The notes under the pieces were generated by a model. That model was not told the origin of the DNA and ran no database searches. It was given only the letters and a program-made list of their open reading frames with translations. From a virus: a DNA stretch of 64,000 bases. Both the position numbers and the translations under genes were made by a program. The first letter of the stretch is position 1. The number at the start of each line of letters is the position of its first letter. The stretch covers positions 55,754-119,753 of the IMG/VR virus record IMGVR_UViG_3300036820_000004; one strand, given 5' to 3'. Of the stretch, positions 38,080 to 48,296 are shown piece after piece.

Positions 38080-41000
38080 GTGGCCGAAACCCAGTACATG
38101 CTCATCGGGCTCTACTCCTACCCGCCGAGCGCGTTCTGGACCGCGGCGATCGACGCGTACCCGACAACGGCGATCATCATCGCCAACGTCGACTCCGGTC
38201 CCGGCACCGGTTACGAGTCCAACTTCGGCGCCATCTACACCGAAGCATCGGCCGCCGGGATCATCCTCGCCGGGTACGTCTACACCTCCTACGCCGCCCG
38301 GTCCGAAGCCGACGTCGAAGCCGACATCGACAACTGGTTCACCTTCTACGGCACGTCCGGCGTCACCAGCATCTTCTTCGACGAGGTTGACGCCACCGCC
38401 GGCAACGAGACCTACTACACCACCATCACCGACTACGTCCACACGAACTATCCCGGCTCTACGGTCATCCTCAACCCGGGGAATATCCCCGACGAGGACT
38501 ACCTGTCGGTGCCCATCGGCGACATCATCCAGGTCGAGGAAAACTCTTACGCCAACCTCGCCGGGGACGCCGCGGGTGCTCCGTCGTGGCTGTTTGACTA
38601 CCCGAGTTCGCAGCTCGCGGTCACGGTCAACACCTGCCCGACCGAAGCGGACATGGCCACCGCGGTCGGCCTGGCCGCGTCCGCGTTCAACGCGCAGTAC
38701 GTGTGGGTCACCGCAGACGACATCTACAGCGCCGAGCCGTCATACTTCGCCGCCGAGGTAGCGCTCCTCGTCGGCGGCGGCCCGTCCGGTGACCTGACCG
38801 TCACCGCCACCCAGGGCGGCAGCACCAACCCCGGCATCCTGCTGCGCGTCCTTGTGCTCGACAACGCCGCCGTCGCAGGCTCCCCGGCCACGGCATCCCA
38901 GTCCGCAGCCGCAGCCCACCAGGCATCCGTCACCACGACCATCGCCGGGTCTGTCGTTTACGGCACGGTCATCGACGGCGCTGACTCCGCGGTCACCATG
39001 CACGCCGGGTGCACCGCGATCGACAACATCACCGACGCGACAAACACGCTGTGCTACGCCACGTTCCACACCGCGGCGACAGTGACCCCCGGCGCAGCTA
39101 CCGTTGGCGCCACCGCGACCGATCCCGGGGGCATGGCCGCACTGGAGGTGCGCCCGTCCGGCGGCAGCATCACCACCGACGCGTCCAGTCCCGCTGTCGC
39201 CGACTCGACGACAGCAACAGCGATCACGTCGGCCGGGTTCACGCCACCCGGGGGAACGCTGCTGGTTGCCCTGGTCTCGGCCGGGGGCCTGGGCGGCGAC
39301 GTCACCACGATGACGCTGGCCGACTCCTACGGCCTCACCTGGCACGCCGCTGTCCAGGCTCACGCCGCGGGCCAGTTCTACGCCGGCGTGTGGTACGCAG
39401 AAGCTCCCGCAGCGCCGGACATCACCACCAGCAGCCTGCCCGGCGCCACCGAGGACAGTGCCTACGCGCAGGCGCTGGGCGTGACCGGCGGCTGGCTGCC
39501 GCTGTCCTGGTCGCTTACCACGGGCAGCCTGCCCTCAGGCCTGTCCCTCGGCGCATCATCCGGGGTGATCAGCGGCACCCCGCACGCCACCGGTACCTCG
39601 TCGTTCACTGTTGAGGTCACTGACGCGTTCGGGAACTCAGCCACCCAGCCACTGTCGCTGACCGTCGCCGGATCCGGGAGCGCGGTCTACACGTCGCTGT
39701 ACCCGGCGGTGTACGGCGGCGGGGCGGGCCCCTCACCCGGGTCGGTTGTCAACGTGTGGAGCAGGGGCTACGGCCGGCCGCCCGGCGAGGCACCGTCGCC
39801 TGCGGTGTCGCCGCTCGCGCTGGAACTGGACTCCGCCACCTCAGTCGGCGGCGGGTCGGGGACTCCGACCAGCGGGAACTGGATGTTCGCTGTCGTGGCA
39901 TGGCGGCAGGACGCGGGCACCGCCGGGGTACTGCAATACCCTTCCACCAACACGATCTGCGACGACACGCACAACTTCTGGATCCCCGTCTCCGTCGTGG
40001 GGCCGGAAACGGGGATCGTGCGGACCGCGGTATGGATGGCTCCGGCGTTCCGCGCCCCGCAGTTCGTGTTCGCGTCGCCGACCGCCTACCAGTCCGCGGT
40101 CACGCTCCTGGTGTTCGAGGTCACCGCCGCCGTCCCCTGGTATGAGGTGGCCGCGTTCGCGACCGCGTACACCAACCAGGGCCTGAGTGTCACCCAGTCG
40201 CAGGACACCGCAGCCGGGCTGTTCTCCGCGGGCGTCATCGCCTACGACCTGAACACGCTCACGGTCACCTACACCGACACCGGGTGGACCGGGCAGGGGT
40301 CAGTCACCGCATCCAACGGATCCGACCACACGGGCGACCTGACAATGACCGCGTTTACCGCGGCGACCACCGGCTCTGCCATGACCCTGGCCGCGACCGG
40401 GACCGGCACCAGCGCCGACTGGGCCGAAGTCCTCATCGTCGTCCACGGCGTCACCGACGCGATCGGGTTCCCCTACCAGGACCTCCTGCAGATGGAGAAC
40501 TGGCCGGCGCTGATCTTCGAGATGGCATGCGGGCAGGTCCTCAACCAGAACTGGACCTTCAACCCGGGCATCGCACCGTGGACCGCCGCCAACGGGGCCG
40601 CCGCCGCAGCCTCGGGCCTGTACCCGTCCGGGAACTCGGCCGGGTCGCTGCTGGTCACCCCCGGCGGCGTGTTCGGCGACCAGGGCGCCGCCAGCGAACG
40701 CATCCCCGTCATCCCGTTCACCGCCTATGCCGTCGCCGCGCAGGTCACCGTCCCGTCGGCGTGGGACGGCGGCGTGCAGGCCGCCGTCATCTGGTACAAC
40801 TCCGGCGGGTCGGTCATCTCCGAGTCAGATTCGGCGGTGTCCCCGGTCACCGGGTCGCTCCAAGAGGTCACGGCGACAGTCACCGCGCCCGGCGGCGCCG
40901 TGACCGGGCAGTTGTTCGTGTGGCTGACCGGCGGCGCCGTACCCGTCACGGCGCTGATGTACATCGCCTACGCCTCCTTCGGCCTGCCCGGCGCGCTCGG

Positions 41001-43509
41001 CGCCACGCCACCCGACCAGTTGTCGTGGACTGACCTGTCCGGCCGCACCATCACCATCGAACCCATCCGGTTCTCCCGCGGCATCCAGTACGAGCAGCAG
41101 TCCCTCGAAGCGGGCACGCTCGAAATCCCCCTCGCCAACAACGACGGCTACCTGACGGCGGGCAACAACCTGTCCCCGTACTATCCGCAAGCCGGGCAAA
41201 CCGACGTGCCGGTGCGCCTGCGCGCCATCTGGCCGTCATCGCCGACACCATACGCCGTGCTGTACACCGGGTTCGCCGACGACGTGAAAGTGCAGCGCGA
41301 CGAGGAAACCCTGTACGGGTACGTGACACTGACCGCGGCGGACTGCTGGTCGCGGCTGACCGCGCAGATGCTCACCGCCGGGCAGCAGGAAAACCTCGAG
41401 GACTCCCCGGCCGGGTTCTACCCGTGCAACGACCTGGCCGGGGCGCTGGCCGCGGCGAACCTCGCGCCGACAAGCCTGCCTCCGCTCGCCCAGCAGGATT
41501 CCAAGTCCGGCACAGGCGCCCTGAACATCGGCTTCGGGAACACTGATATCACGCTCCCCGGCGACCCGGGCGGCACCGGCTGGTTCCTCGACTCCCTGAC
41601 GTCGGCTGACGGGACGATCGGCGCGTCCCTGGTTTTGTTCCCCCCGGACCTGTCATCGCTGCCGTCTGTCGCTGACGGGGTCACTGTCGAGTTCTGGGTG
41701 CTGATCGCCGACTCGCACACCACCGGGATCACGTGGAACGGGGCCATCGCGTCCTGTGTCGGCGCCCGGGGCCGGGTGTGGGAACTGTCGGTCGGCGCGC
41801 CGTCGGGCGGCGAGTCAGGGCAGATCCTGTTCTCCGTCTTCGACAAGATCACCGGGGCTGCGACGACGACCGTGGTGAACCCGGGCGACAACTGGGGCGA
41901 CACTAAGTTCTACTCGGTCGCGTTCACCGAGACGACATGGGAGATCTACGAAGACGGCGACGTGCTCGACAGCGGGACATGCAACTTCTCGCCCGTCTAC
42001 AACGGGTTCTGCTTCGACGGCCTCAACGTGCCCTGGGGCGGCCTGTCGGGCAACTGCTTCAACGGCGTCCTGCAAGACATCGGCATTTTCCCGGGCATCC
42101 TGCCGCAGCCCAGGATCCAGGCCCACTACAACATCCCGCTCAACGCCGCCCTCGACGAAGTCGATCTCTCCCGTGTGGCACGGGTCACCGGGTACGGCGG
42201 GTTCGTCCCCCCGCTGGCCATGCTCGGCCTGGGCGTGCCGCCCGCGTTCCCGGACGGTCCGTCCGGGCCATCCAACCCCGGCGTCGACCCGGTCACCCAG
42301 ATCACCGACACCCTCGGCCAGATCGTCTCCGATTACTGGACCAACGTCGCGTCGTCCACCCTGGCTGCGTTGTTCTGCGACGGGGCCGGGGCGCTGGTGT
42401 ACCGGCGCCGCTACGAATGGTATGACCGGGTCCAGGGCCAGACGGCTATCGGCGAGCAGGCACCCCGCGCGCTGAACGTCAACCCGTTCTTCGGCGCCGG
42501 CGTGTACTCGTGGACTGCGTCGGACGCCGCCCTGGCGTGGGCACCGGGGCAGGGCCAGTTCTACGGCTCGGCTGCCGCGCAGCTGACGGCGACCGGGGCC
42601 GGGGAAGCGGGTTTCGCCCCCGAGGATCAGTCGGCCACGCCGGGGCAGGAGTACTCCTGCCTGATTGTCGTCCGCTGCCCGGCCGGGTACCCGGGCGGCG
42701 GCTTCGCGCAGCTGACCTGGCTGGACGCGTCCTTGTCGACGATCAGTTTCGTCACCGGGAACACGGTGCCGCTGGTGGCCGGGGCGTGGACGTGGCTGTT
42801 CGTGTCCGGGCAGGCCCCGGCCGGCACGGCGTACGTCACCGGGATTTTCGGCACGTCGGGCACCCCGTCGGGTGGCACCGTGTTCTACGTGTCGTCGGTG
42901 ACCATGGCGGTCTACCCGGGTGAGGCACCTTACCTGCGTGACGAGCACCTGTCCGACGACCGGGCGCAGATGTTTAACACGGCAATCCTCACCCAGTCCG
43001 GCACCGGCACCCTGACCACTTACTCGGGTACGGCTTTCGCCTTCACTCCCACCAGCGGCGTGACCGTCAGCGCGGAGAACGCGGAGTCGGTTGCCCAGCG
43101 GGGGGCCGTACCCTACACGGCGACGGTCTACCTGCAGAACACCATGCAAGCGGTGCCGTTCGCTGCGAACGAGGGGTCGATCGAGGACCTGGCATCGTGG
43201 ATCGTGAACACGCTCGGCACCCCGCAACTGCGCGCCGAGCAGGTCACCCTCACCCCTGGCGCCACGTTGCCGGACATGATCGCCGCCCTGTTCACCGAGA
43301 TCGGTGACACGGTCACCATGCACCTGCGGCCCCTCGGCGCGGCGCCGGTCACGCTGGTCACCTACCTGTCGAACATGTCCCACGAGATCGACGTCCGCAC
43401 CGGGTGGACCACGACGTGGCAGTTGTCACCCGCGCCGCAGGCCGCGATCCTGCAACTGGATAATCCAGAGCTAGGCTGCCTGACAGGTGAGAATCTAATC
43501 GGGTTCTAG
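38080..43509 (+). CDS. large multidomain tail protein: spherulin-4/GH135-like, Ig-like, CBM-like and hub domains
   Basis: LYSYP, N..SGPG, GYVYTSYA, IFFDE, ILNPG; ITTSSLP...GSLPSGLSL...GVISGTP; FSRG..YE. Confidence 0.7.
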   Translation: MAETQYMLIGLYSYPPSAFWTAAIDAYPTTAIIIANVDSGPGTGYESNFGAIYTEASAAGIILAGYVYTSYAARSEADVEADIDNWFTFYGTSGVTSIFFDEVDATAGNETYYTTITDYVHTNYPGSTVILNPGNIPDEDYLSVPIGDIIQVEENSYANLAGDAAGAPSWLFDYPSSQLAVTVNTCPTEADMATAVGLAASAFNAQYVWVTADDIYSAEPSYFAAEVALLVGGGPSGDLTVTATQGGSTNPGILLRVLVLDNAAVAGSPATASQSAAAAHQASVTTTIAGSVVYGTVIDGADSAVTMHAGCTAIDNITDATNTLCYATFHTAATVTPGAATVGATATDPGGMAALEVRPSGGSITTDASSPAVADSTTATAITSAGFTPPGGTLLVALVSAGGLGGDVTTMTLADSYGLTWHAAVQAHAAGQFYAGVWYAEAPAAPDITTSSLPGATEDSAYAQALGVTGGWLPLSWSLTTGSLPSGLSLGASSGVISGTPHATGTSSFTVEVTDAFGNSATQPLSLTVAGSGSAVYTSLYPAVYGGGAGPSPGSVVNVWSRGYGRPPGEAPSPAVSPLALELDSATSVGGGSGTPTSGNWMFAVVAWRQDAGTAGVLQYPSTNTICDDTHNFWIPVSVVGPETGIVRTAVWMAPAFRAPQFVFASPTAYQSAVTLLVFEVTAAVPWYEVAAFATAYTNQGLSVTQSQDTAAGLFSAGVIAYDLNTLTVTYTDTGWTGQGSVTASNGSDHTGDLTMTAFTAATTGSAMTLAATGTGTSADWAEVLIVVHGVTDAIGFPYQDLLQMENWPALIFEMACGQVLNQNWTFNPGIAPWTAANGAAAAASGLYPSGNSAGSLLVTPGGVFGDQGAASERIPVIPFTAYAVAAQVTVPSAWDGGVQAAVIWYNSGGSVISESDSAVSPVTGSLQEVTATVTAPGGAVTGQLFVWLTGGAVPVTALMYIAYASFGLPGALGATPPDQLSWTDLSGRTITIEPIRFSRGIQYEQQSLEAGTLEIPLANNDGYLTAGNNLSPYYPQAGQTDVPVRLRAIWPSSPTPYAVLYTGFADDVKVQRDEETLYGYVTLTAADCWSRLTAQMLTAGQQENLEDSPAGFYPCNDLAGALAAANLAPTSLPPLAQQDSKSGTGALNIGFGNTDITLPGDPGGTGWFLDSLTSADGTIGASLVLFPPDLSSLPSVADGVTVEFWVLIADSHTTGITWNGAIASCVGARGRVWELSVGAPSGGESGQILFSVFDKITGAATTTVVNPGDNWGDTKFYSVAFTETTWEIYEDGDVLDSGTCNFSPVYNGFCFDGLNVPWGGLSGNCFNGVLQDIGIFPGILPQPRIQAHYNIPLNAALDEVDLSRVARVTGYGGFVPPLAMLGLGVPPAFPDGPSGPSNPGVDPVTQITDTLGQIVSDYWTNVASSTLAALFCDGAGALVYRRRYEWYDRVQGQTAIGEQAPRALNVNPFFGAGVYSWTASDAALAWAPGQGQFYGSAAAQLTATGAGEAGFAPEDQSATPGQEYSCLIVVRCPAGYPGGGFAQLTWLDASLSTISFVTGNTVPLVAGAWTWLFVSGQAPAGTAYVTGIFGTSGTPSGGTVFYVSSVTMAVYPGEAPYLRDEHLSDDRAQMFNTAILTQSGTGTLTTYSGTAFAFTPTSGVTVSAENAESVAQRGAVPYTATVYLQNTMQAVPFAANEGSIEDLASWIVNTLGTPQLRAEQVTLTPGATLPDMIAALFTEIGDTVTMHLRPLGAAPVTLVTYLSNMSHEIDVRTGWTTTWQLSPAPQAAILQLDNPELGCLTGENLIGF

Positions 43510-43519
43510 TCGTCAATGA

Positions 43520-43574
43520 AAAGCCGCCCGGTCCGCGTGTGCCAACACGCTGAGATGAGGACCGGGGCGGCTTC
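43520..43574 (-). terminator. GC-rich stem-loop, U tract on minus strand
   Basis: AAGCCGCCCGGTCC...GGACCGGGGCGGCTT preceded by AAAA. Confidence 0.4.
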
Positions 43575-43667
43575 TCGGGACAGAGCAAGAGAACCGAACC
43601 CCTCACACGCGAAGGCTAGCCCACGGCATAGCGCTCGTGCCAGCGACATGCACCGGGGCGGTGAGCC

Positions 43668-44996
43668 TTGTCCTACCCGCAGCTCCCCGACCCCATCACC
43701 TGGACTCAAGGCGAGACCCTGACCGAGTCGCGGCTGCGCGCCGACCCGGGCAACCTCGCCTGGCTGCTGACTAAACGGCCGCTGTTCCTCGGCGAGCAGG
43801 CCACCGCCGCGCAGGGCATCCCGAACAACGCCACGACGACGGTGAACCTGGACACCGAGATCGTCGACAACTGGAACGGTCACGTCATCCCGGACGCCGC
43901 CTACGCAGCGCCGCTGGCCGGCTGGTACCTGTGCGAAGGCAACGCGCTCATCGCGGGCATCGACTCGTCCGGCTGGTACGGCGCGGGTGTCCGCGCCGTC
44001 CAGAACTCTGTCACCCGTGACCTGTTCGGCAACATCCTGTGCGCCAACGGCGCCGACATCACCGGCCCGGCGGTCTCCGACCTGGTGGAGCTCAACCCGG
44101 GCACCGGGGACACCGCGGCCCTGGTCGCTTTCCAGAACAACGGAGGCACCCAGGACCTGTCCGCCCCGGGCGCGTTCTTCTCCGTGCAGTGGGCCGGCAT
44201 GCCGGCCAGCAGTTTCGGTGACACGGTCCCCGTCGGCCAGGTTGTCACCAGCCCGCAGCCCGCCGCCGCGTGGCCCCCCGGCTCAGGCACCCTGCTCACC
44301 GCGGGCGTCGCCGCCGGGGGTTCCGTGATCACGGTGGCGAACACGACGGGCATGATCGACGGCGGCACCCTCGGCCTGGACTACTACCTCGGCCGGCCGG
44401 TCACCCCGGCGGCCGAGGCGGTCACCATCGCCGGGATCTCCGGCGGCACCGTCACCACCTCGGCGGCGGCCTACCCGCACGGCGGTACTGTCTCCCCCGG
44501 CTACGCCGCCGTCCCCGTCTCAGCCGCGTTCATGAACCAGCAGGTCCGCGACATCATCAACTTCCTGGCGTTCCCGCCGATGACGCGGCTGTCGTCGGCG
44601 GGCAGCACCCAGGGCATCCCGTCGACCACCTTCCCGACCGCGACCGCGGTCGTCTTCGAGTCCGCCACCCTGGACAACTTCTCCGGCTGGAACGGCACCA
44701 GCGAATGGGTGGTGCCGGTCTCCGGCGTCTACTACGTCTACGGCCAGGTCCTGCTCCAGGCCAGCGTCATCAACATGGGTGCTGGCATCGGCGTGTCCGG
44801 GGGCACGATCCAGTGGGGTGACCAGGTCCGGTCCCAGACGTCGCTGATCTCCGGCGCGACCGTCCGCAAGACTATGCGCCTGACCGCGGGCCAGTACCTG
44901 CAACTGTTCGCCTGGCAGCAGCACTCGGGCACCATCGGCCTGCTCAACGACACCAACGCCTACTCCACGATGATCGCGATCTGGAGGGGTTTCTAG
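43668..44996 (+). CDS. minor tail protein
   Basis: Two repeated beta-domains (AGWYL.., SGVYYV..). Confidence 0.6.
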   Translation: MSYPQLPDPITWTQGETLTESRLRADPGNLAWLLTKRPLFLGEQATAAQGIPNNATTTVNLDTEIVDNWNGHVIPDAAYAAPLAGWYLCEGNALIAGIDSSGWYGAGVRAVQNSVTRDLFGNILCANGADITGPAVSDLVELNPGTGDTAALVAFQNNGGTQDLSAPGAFFSVQWAGMPASSFGDTVPVGQVVTSPQPAAAWPPGSGTLLTAGVAAGGSVITVANTTGMIDGGTLGLDYYLGRPVTPAAEAVTIAGISGGTVTTSAAAYPHGGTVSPGYAAVPVSAAFMNQQVRDIINFLAFPPMTRLSSAGSTQGIPSTTFPTATAVVFESATLDNFSGWNGTSEWVVPVSGVYYVYGQVLLQASVINMGAGIGVSGGTIQWGDQVRSQTSLISGATVRKTMRLTAGQYLQLFAWQQHSGTIGLLNDTNAYSTMIAIWRGF

Positions 44997-45536
44997 GTGG
45001 CTACCTGGCCGCCGCCGTTTGTCCCCGCCTTCCCGGCCGGCTACGGTCCTCAGGCCAGCGACTTCGCCACCTGGTGGTACCAGAACGCGGCCTTCCTGCA
45101 GAACCGGGTCGTGTTCCGCGCCTCGCAGACCACCACCGCCACCACGCTGCCCGACTCGCAGGCGATCACCACCATCGGCTACGACAACGTGCTCGAGGAC
45201 CCCTACTCGGGCTGGGACCCCGGCACGTTCCTTTGGACGCCGCCGGCCGGGTATTCCGGCTGGTACCAGGTCACCATGACCATCCGCACCGGCACCCTCG
45301 CCGGGCTGGTGAACCTGCGGGCATCCCTCGCCGGGTCCTACACCTACCAGCTGACCTGCCTGCAAGGCTCCTCCACCGACGGCGGCGTGTCGGCCACGTA
45401 CGGCGTTTACCTGACCGGCGGCCAGGACAACGCCGGCGCCGCGGGCCAGCTCCTCAACTCGGGTGCGAACGTGGACACGTCGCTGGTCTCGGGCCAGGAG
45501 TCGACGCTGGAGATCTGCTGGCTGTCGCAGTCATGA
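44997..45536 (+). CDS. minor tail protein
   Basis: Similar domain (EDPYSGW, SGWYQV). Confidence 0.6.
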   Translation: MATWPPPFVPAFPAGYGPQASDFATWWYQNAAFLQNRVVFRASQTTTATTLPDSQAITTIGYDNVLEDPYSGWDPGTFLWTPPAGYSGWYQVTMTIRTGTLAGLVNLRASLAGSYTYQLTCLQGSSTDGGVSATYGVYLTGGQDNAGAAGQLLNSGANVDTSLVSGQESTLEICWLSQS

Positions 45537-45551
45537 CGGAGGGGTGAGCCT

Positions 45552-45899
45552 GTGTCTGCGGCCTGGGTCAGCGCCGCGTGCGCTCTGCTCATCATCATCG
45601 CCGGGTTCACGGTGTTCGCTGCCCGGTGGGTGGTGAGGATCCTCCTGCGCACAGTCCAGTTCCTGCACGACTGGGAAGGCGAGCAGGAACGCGAAGGCGT
45701 CGCCGCGCGGCCCGGTGTCATGCTCCGGCTGCATTCGGTGGAGGACTCGCTGGCCACCATCGTCACCGAAGTCAGCCCCGACGGCGGCAAGTCGCTGCGA
45801 GACGCGGTGAACCGTGCCGCCGCCGACGTCGCCACCATCAAAGACGAGCAGGCCAGGGTGCGTGCCGAGCTGACCCGGCTGCAGAACCCGCGACCATGA
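45552..45899 (+). CDS. membrane protein, possible lysis accessory/holin
   Basis: N-terminal TM helix; RPGV..RL...PDGGKSLRDAVNR. Confidence 0.55.
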   Translation: MSAAWVSAACALLIIIAGFTVFAARWVVRILLRTVQFLHDWEGEQEREGVAARPGVMLRLHSVEDSLATIVTEVSPDGGKSLRDAVNRAAADVATIKDEQARVRAELTRLQNPRP

Positions 45900-46255
45900 A
45901 AGGCACGGGCATGCCGAAGATCACTGCCAGGCGGGCCAATGTCATCCTGCTGGCCCTGGTGCTTGTCGTGGGCATCGGGAACCTGTGGGCCACCCATGAC
46001 GACGTGGATGCGTCGGCCGCGCAGCAGAAACGCGAGCAGGCGCAGCAGCAAGCGGCGCAGAAAACCACGCAGCAACGGCAGGAAGTCCTGGCGTGCCGCC
46101 AGTTCGGCGGCCTGGTGGAGTCGATCGTTCGGGCCAACGCCGACACGCAGCATGCCGTGAAGGCGTCCAAGAGCTTCGGGCAGCTGTTCTCGGTCGCTGT
46201 GCAGAGGTATTACAGCCAGACCGGCTGCTCACGGTACTTCGTGGTCGGCGGGTAG
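45896..46255 (+). CDS. membrane protein
   Basis: ATGA overlap; one TM helix. Confidence 0.5.
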   Translation: MKGTGMPKITARRANVILLALVLVVGIGNLWATHDDVDASAAQQKREQAQQQAAQKTTQQRQEVLACRQFGGLVESIVRANADTQHAVKASKSFGQLFSVAVQRYYSQTGCSRYFVVGG

Positions 46256-46259
46256 GGCC

Positions 46260-46478
46260 GTGACCATTCTCCTCGGCGCCGAGATCCCCGTCTGCTGCGT
46301 GGCCACCATCTACGCCATCCACCGCATGCTCCGCACCCATCACGAGGTGATGGCCGCAGTCATCGGCCGCAAAGCCCGGAACCTCACCGAGGAACTCGGG
46401 CATGCGGAGGAACGGATCACCGACGCGGCGCGGACCGGGCTGCGGTCACGCAACGGCCCGGCCCGGCTGCGGGACTAG
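46260..46478 (+). CDS. small membrane protein
   Basis: Hydrophobic N-terminus. Confidence 0.4.
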   Translation: MTILLGAEIPVCCVATIYAIHRMLRTHHEVMAAVIGRKARNLTEELGHAEERITDAARTGLRSRNGPARLRD

Positions 46479-46729
46479 GCCTTGATTGCCGGCAGATCCA
46501 GGTTCGCCACCATGGACGCGATCTGCTCATCAGAGATGACCGCGTCAGGCCCGTTGACAATCAGGGTCAGGATGAACCACTGCTCGGCGGTGCGTTCAAG
46601 GTCGTGCGGGAGCAGGTAATCCTTCGCCGTACGGGCAACACTCCCGTGGCCAAGCTGTTTCGAGATCATCGCTAGCTTCATCAGGGCTTGCCCAACTGCG
46701 GCAGAGTCAAGGACATCAGTATCCGGCAT
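46475..46729 (-). CDS. 84-aa protein with tyrosine-recombinase box II-like motif
   Basis: TGATG coupling to recombinase; ISKQLGHGSVARTAKDYL. Confidence 0.55.
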   Translation of the reverse strand: MPDTDVLDSAAVGQALMKLAMISKQLGHGSVARTAKDYLLPHDLERTAEQWFILTLIVNGPDAVISDEQIASMVANLDLPAIKA

Positions 46730-47397
46730 CAGTTCTTCCCCTCTGGGTTCCACTGCCGCGCCCGCCCCATGGCGATGACGTCGGCTGGTGCTATGTGATC
46801 GATGTACCGGGCAGTGACACTGCTGTTGGCGTGCCCGAGTGCTTTGGAGACCGTGTTGACCGGAACACCTTCGGCGATGAGCGACGCGGCGAAGGAGTGC
46901 CGCAGGCCGTGCGGGTGAACGCGCTTCTCGAGGCCAGCCTTGGCGGCGATGCGCTTGAGCATGTCCCGGACGTAGCGGTTGCTCATCGATTCCCCGGACA
47001 GGGTGCAGAACAGCACGGCCACCGGGCGCTTGCCGGTGGCGACGCGCTCGCCCTCCGCGGTCACGGTCGTGGGCACGCGCGCCGGGATGCCGGCTTTCGC
47101 GCGCACGTCCACCCATCGCTGCACCATGGCGACCGTCCCGTCGTCGGTCCCGACCGTCCGCGCCTTGTTGCCCTTGCCGTGCAGAACCCGCACCGTGCCG
47201 CCGTCCGGGTCGATATCAGCGACGCGCAGATCGAGCGCCTCGGAGATGCGCAGCCCGCACCGGTACATCACCGCGATCAGCGCGCGGTTGCGGATGCCGG
47301 TCGGGGCGCGGACGGAGCACTGCTTCAGGAGTGCCGACAGCTCGTTCTCGGTGAGCGGCTGAGCCGGGAACCGCCGTATGGGGGCTGCTCTCGCCAT
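46729..47397 (-). CDS. tyrosine recombinase, catalytic domain only (FimB/E-like size)
   Basis: GLRISE, GKGNK, HGLRH, LGH, TARY. Confidence 0.92.
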   Translation of the reverse strand: MARAAPIRRFPAQPLTENELSALLKQCSVRAPTGIRNRALIAVMYRCGLRISEALDLRVADIDPDGGTVRVLHGKGNKARTVGTDDGTVAMVQRWVDVRAKAGIPARVPTTVTAEGERVATGKRPVAVLFCTLSGESMSNRYVRDMLKRIAAKAGLEKRVHPHGLRHSFAASLIAEGVPVNTVSKALGHANSSVTARYIDHIAPADVIAMGRARQWNPEGKN

Positions 47398-47410
47398 TCT
47401 GGGCCTCCGA

Positions 47411-47496
47411 AACCGCTGGGTGTTCTAACTGAAGATTAAGAACACTATATAGCAGCGGTTCCGGCAGGTCAAGATCATTCGTGCAGAAAGAACACT
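47411..47496 (-). promoter_or_regulatory. sigma70-type promoter of recombinase with nested inverted repeats
   Basis: TTGACC (47472-67)-17 nt-TATAGT (47449-44); GTGTTCT/AGAACAC and AACCGCTG/CAGCGGTT arms. Confidence 0.7.
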
Positions 47497-47521
47497 GGAT
47501 CCTATCCGGAGGAGCCCTCTC

Positions 47522-48013
47522 GTGACCGACTTCTACGACTCCGCCCGCTGGGGCCTGATCCCGGCCGGGGCGCGGGCGATGCTGTACGTCGACGGCCGGT
47601 ACGCGGCAACACCTGCGGACGCGAAGCGGTTCTCCGCGGTGCGGTGGATCACGATCGCGGGCGGCGCGTCCTCGGCGGCGAAGGCCGGGGCGATCGACTA
47701 CGAGCCGGGGAATCTCGCGTTCGAGGGTAACCAACTGCGCGAGTTCGCGGTGGCCCGGCGGGCGATGAACTGCCGGGCCCGGGTGTACTGCAACCTGACC
47801 GACCTGCCCTCGGCGCATTCCAAGGCCAGCGACCTGAGCAATGTCGTCTGGTGGCTCGCGACACTGGACGGTCATCCGGCCAACGTGGCCGAGATGGTCA
47901 CCGCGGCGCGGGGGCGGGACGTGAAACTCGCGCCGGGACAGTTGTGGGCGAATCAGTACGCGGGCGGCCCGGCCGCGGCCTACGACACGTCGGTGCTGCT
48001 CGGTGTCTGGTAG
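47522..48013 (+). CDS. putative endolysin, GH25-like catalytic domain
   Basis: GGAGGAG RBS; DYEPG, RVYC, WWLA, ANQY, YDTS; end of late operon. Confidence 0.55.
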   Translation: MTDFYDSARWGLIPAGARAMLYVDGRYAATPADAKRFSAVRWITIAGGASSAAKAGAIDYEPGNLAFEGNQLREFAVARRAMNCRARVYCNLTDLPSAHSKASDLSNVVWWLATLDGHPANVAEMVTAARGRDVKLAPGQLWANQYAGGPAAAYDTSVLLGVW

Positions 48014-48107
48014 GTGATCCCGGCGGCCACCTTGGGGCTCGCACAGCATCACGGGGCCGCCGGGGACACGCTAGGCTAACCTCATCGCAAACCTGGCTGG
48101 AACTTCA

Positions 48108-48156
48108 GCGCCGGCCCGCAGTTCCCTTCCGGGGGACTGCGGGCCGGCGCCTTTTT
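48108..48156 (+). terminator. intrinsic terminator ending the late operon
   Basis: 19-bp GC stem followed by CTTTTT. Confidence 0.85.
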
Positions 48157-48296
48157 GCATGCCCGGGGCCTGTCAGGCCAGGTGCCAGTAGTTCCCGCAC
48201 CTGAATGATTCCGGTGCCCGGCCCCACTGCTGGCGTCCCTGGCTGGCCGCACGCTGGGTGCGGGCCGGGCGCCGCTTGCGGGTCACGCCGGCATGC

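Noticed and set aside
41815-43383. Long antisense ORFs (also 6280-7476, 11664-12806, 53890-55134 and others)
   Set aside because: Motif-less shadow frames expected from high GC3, unlike 5188-6180, which has clear domain motifs.
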